From positions 480,001 to 544,000 of the forward strand of contig CAWJZV010000030.1 of the NCBI GenBank assembly GCA_963847445.1: 64,000 bases of DNA, in the 5' to 3' direction. The notes under the pieces are model-generated. The model did no database searches. It worked only from the letters and a program-made list of their open reading frames with translations, and was not told where the DNA came from. This DNA is from an uncultured delta proteobacterium (GTDB lineage Bacteria > Desulfobacterota > Binatia > UBA9968). A program made the translations under genes and the position numbers. Position 1 is the stretch's first letter, and every line of letters begins with the position of its first letter. Below are positions 63,856-64,000 of this stretch, piece by piece.

Positions 63856-64000
63856 CTAATTATATTTTCTTAGCACTTCCCGGGCGATGACCATGCGCAT
63901 GACTTCGGAGGCGCCTTCGGTGATCATCCGGCTGCGCTGGTCGACGAACCATTTCGCCAGCGGCAGATCCAGGGTCAAGCCGATGCCGCCGTGGATTTGC
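63856..64000 (-). CDS. Acyl-CoA dehydrogenase, C-terminal end (partial)
   Basis: Manual translation QIHGGIG...R..MITEGASEVMRMVIAR. Confidence 0.85.
   Translation of the reverse strand, partial: QIHGGIGLTLDLPLAKWFVDQRSRMITEGASEVMRMVIAREVLRKYN

Noticed and set aside
43540-63859. ORFs made of repeat sequence (e.g. 43540, 44110, 45350, 54408, 57147, 57427, 61378, 63586)
   Set aside because: They are translations of palindromic or tandem repeats with no protein motifs.

Overview
High-GC Gram-negative bacterial chromosome segment. The gene content (lpxI, amidohydrolase_2 and Bug/NMT1 expansions, many REP-like repeats) suggests a deltaproteobacterial or Ca. Binatia-like organism; this is inference only. 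Many genes, including essential ones, are split by single-base indels, most likely long-read assembly errors. (i) 1-29.5 kb: a minus-strand envelope superoperon (metF, lysS, lolE/D, bamA, skp, lpxD, fabZ, lpxA, lpxI, gnnA-like, lpxB, msbA, waaA, lpxK, gmhB, epimerase, heptosyltransferases, Kdo/LPS kinases, glycosyl-, methyl- and sulfotransferases). It contains two copies of an unexplained ~210-nt structured element. (ii) 29.6-35.4 kb: an Rrf2-led SUF Fe-S operon lacking sufB and ending in a truncated haemoglobin. (iii) 35.8-47.7 kb: an integrase-free accessory island. It holds a candidate defence cluster (MazG-like pyrophosphohydrolase; PD-(D/E)XK/DUF2075 helicase/S24 autoprotease fusion; HNH nuclease; TPR two-gene module), followed by five co-oriented TA/ORF6N cassettes separated by six co-oriented mosaic GTTC(A/C)A repeat blocks. 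This array is the most unusual structure in the window. (iv) 47.7-64 kb: def, ptrB, amidohydrolases, a Rieske oxygenase, solute-binding proteins, two more TA modules, a RAYT transposase and several nested REP-like repeat families.
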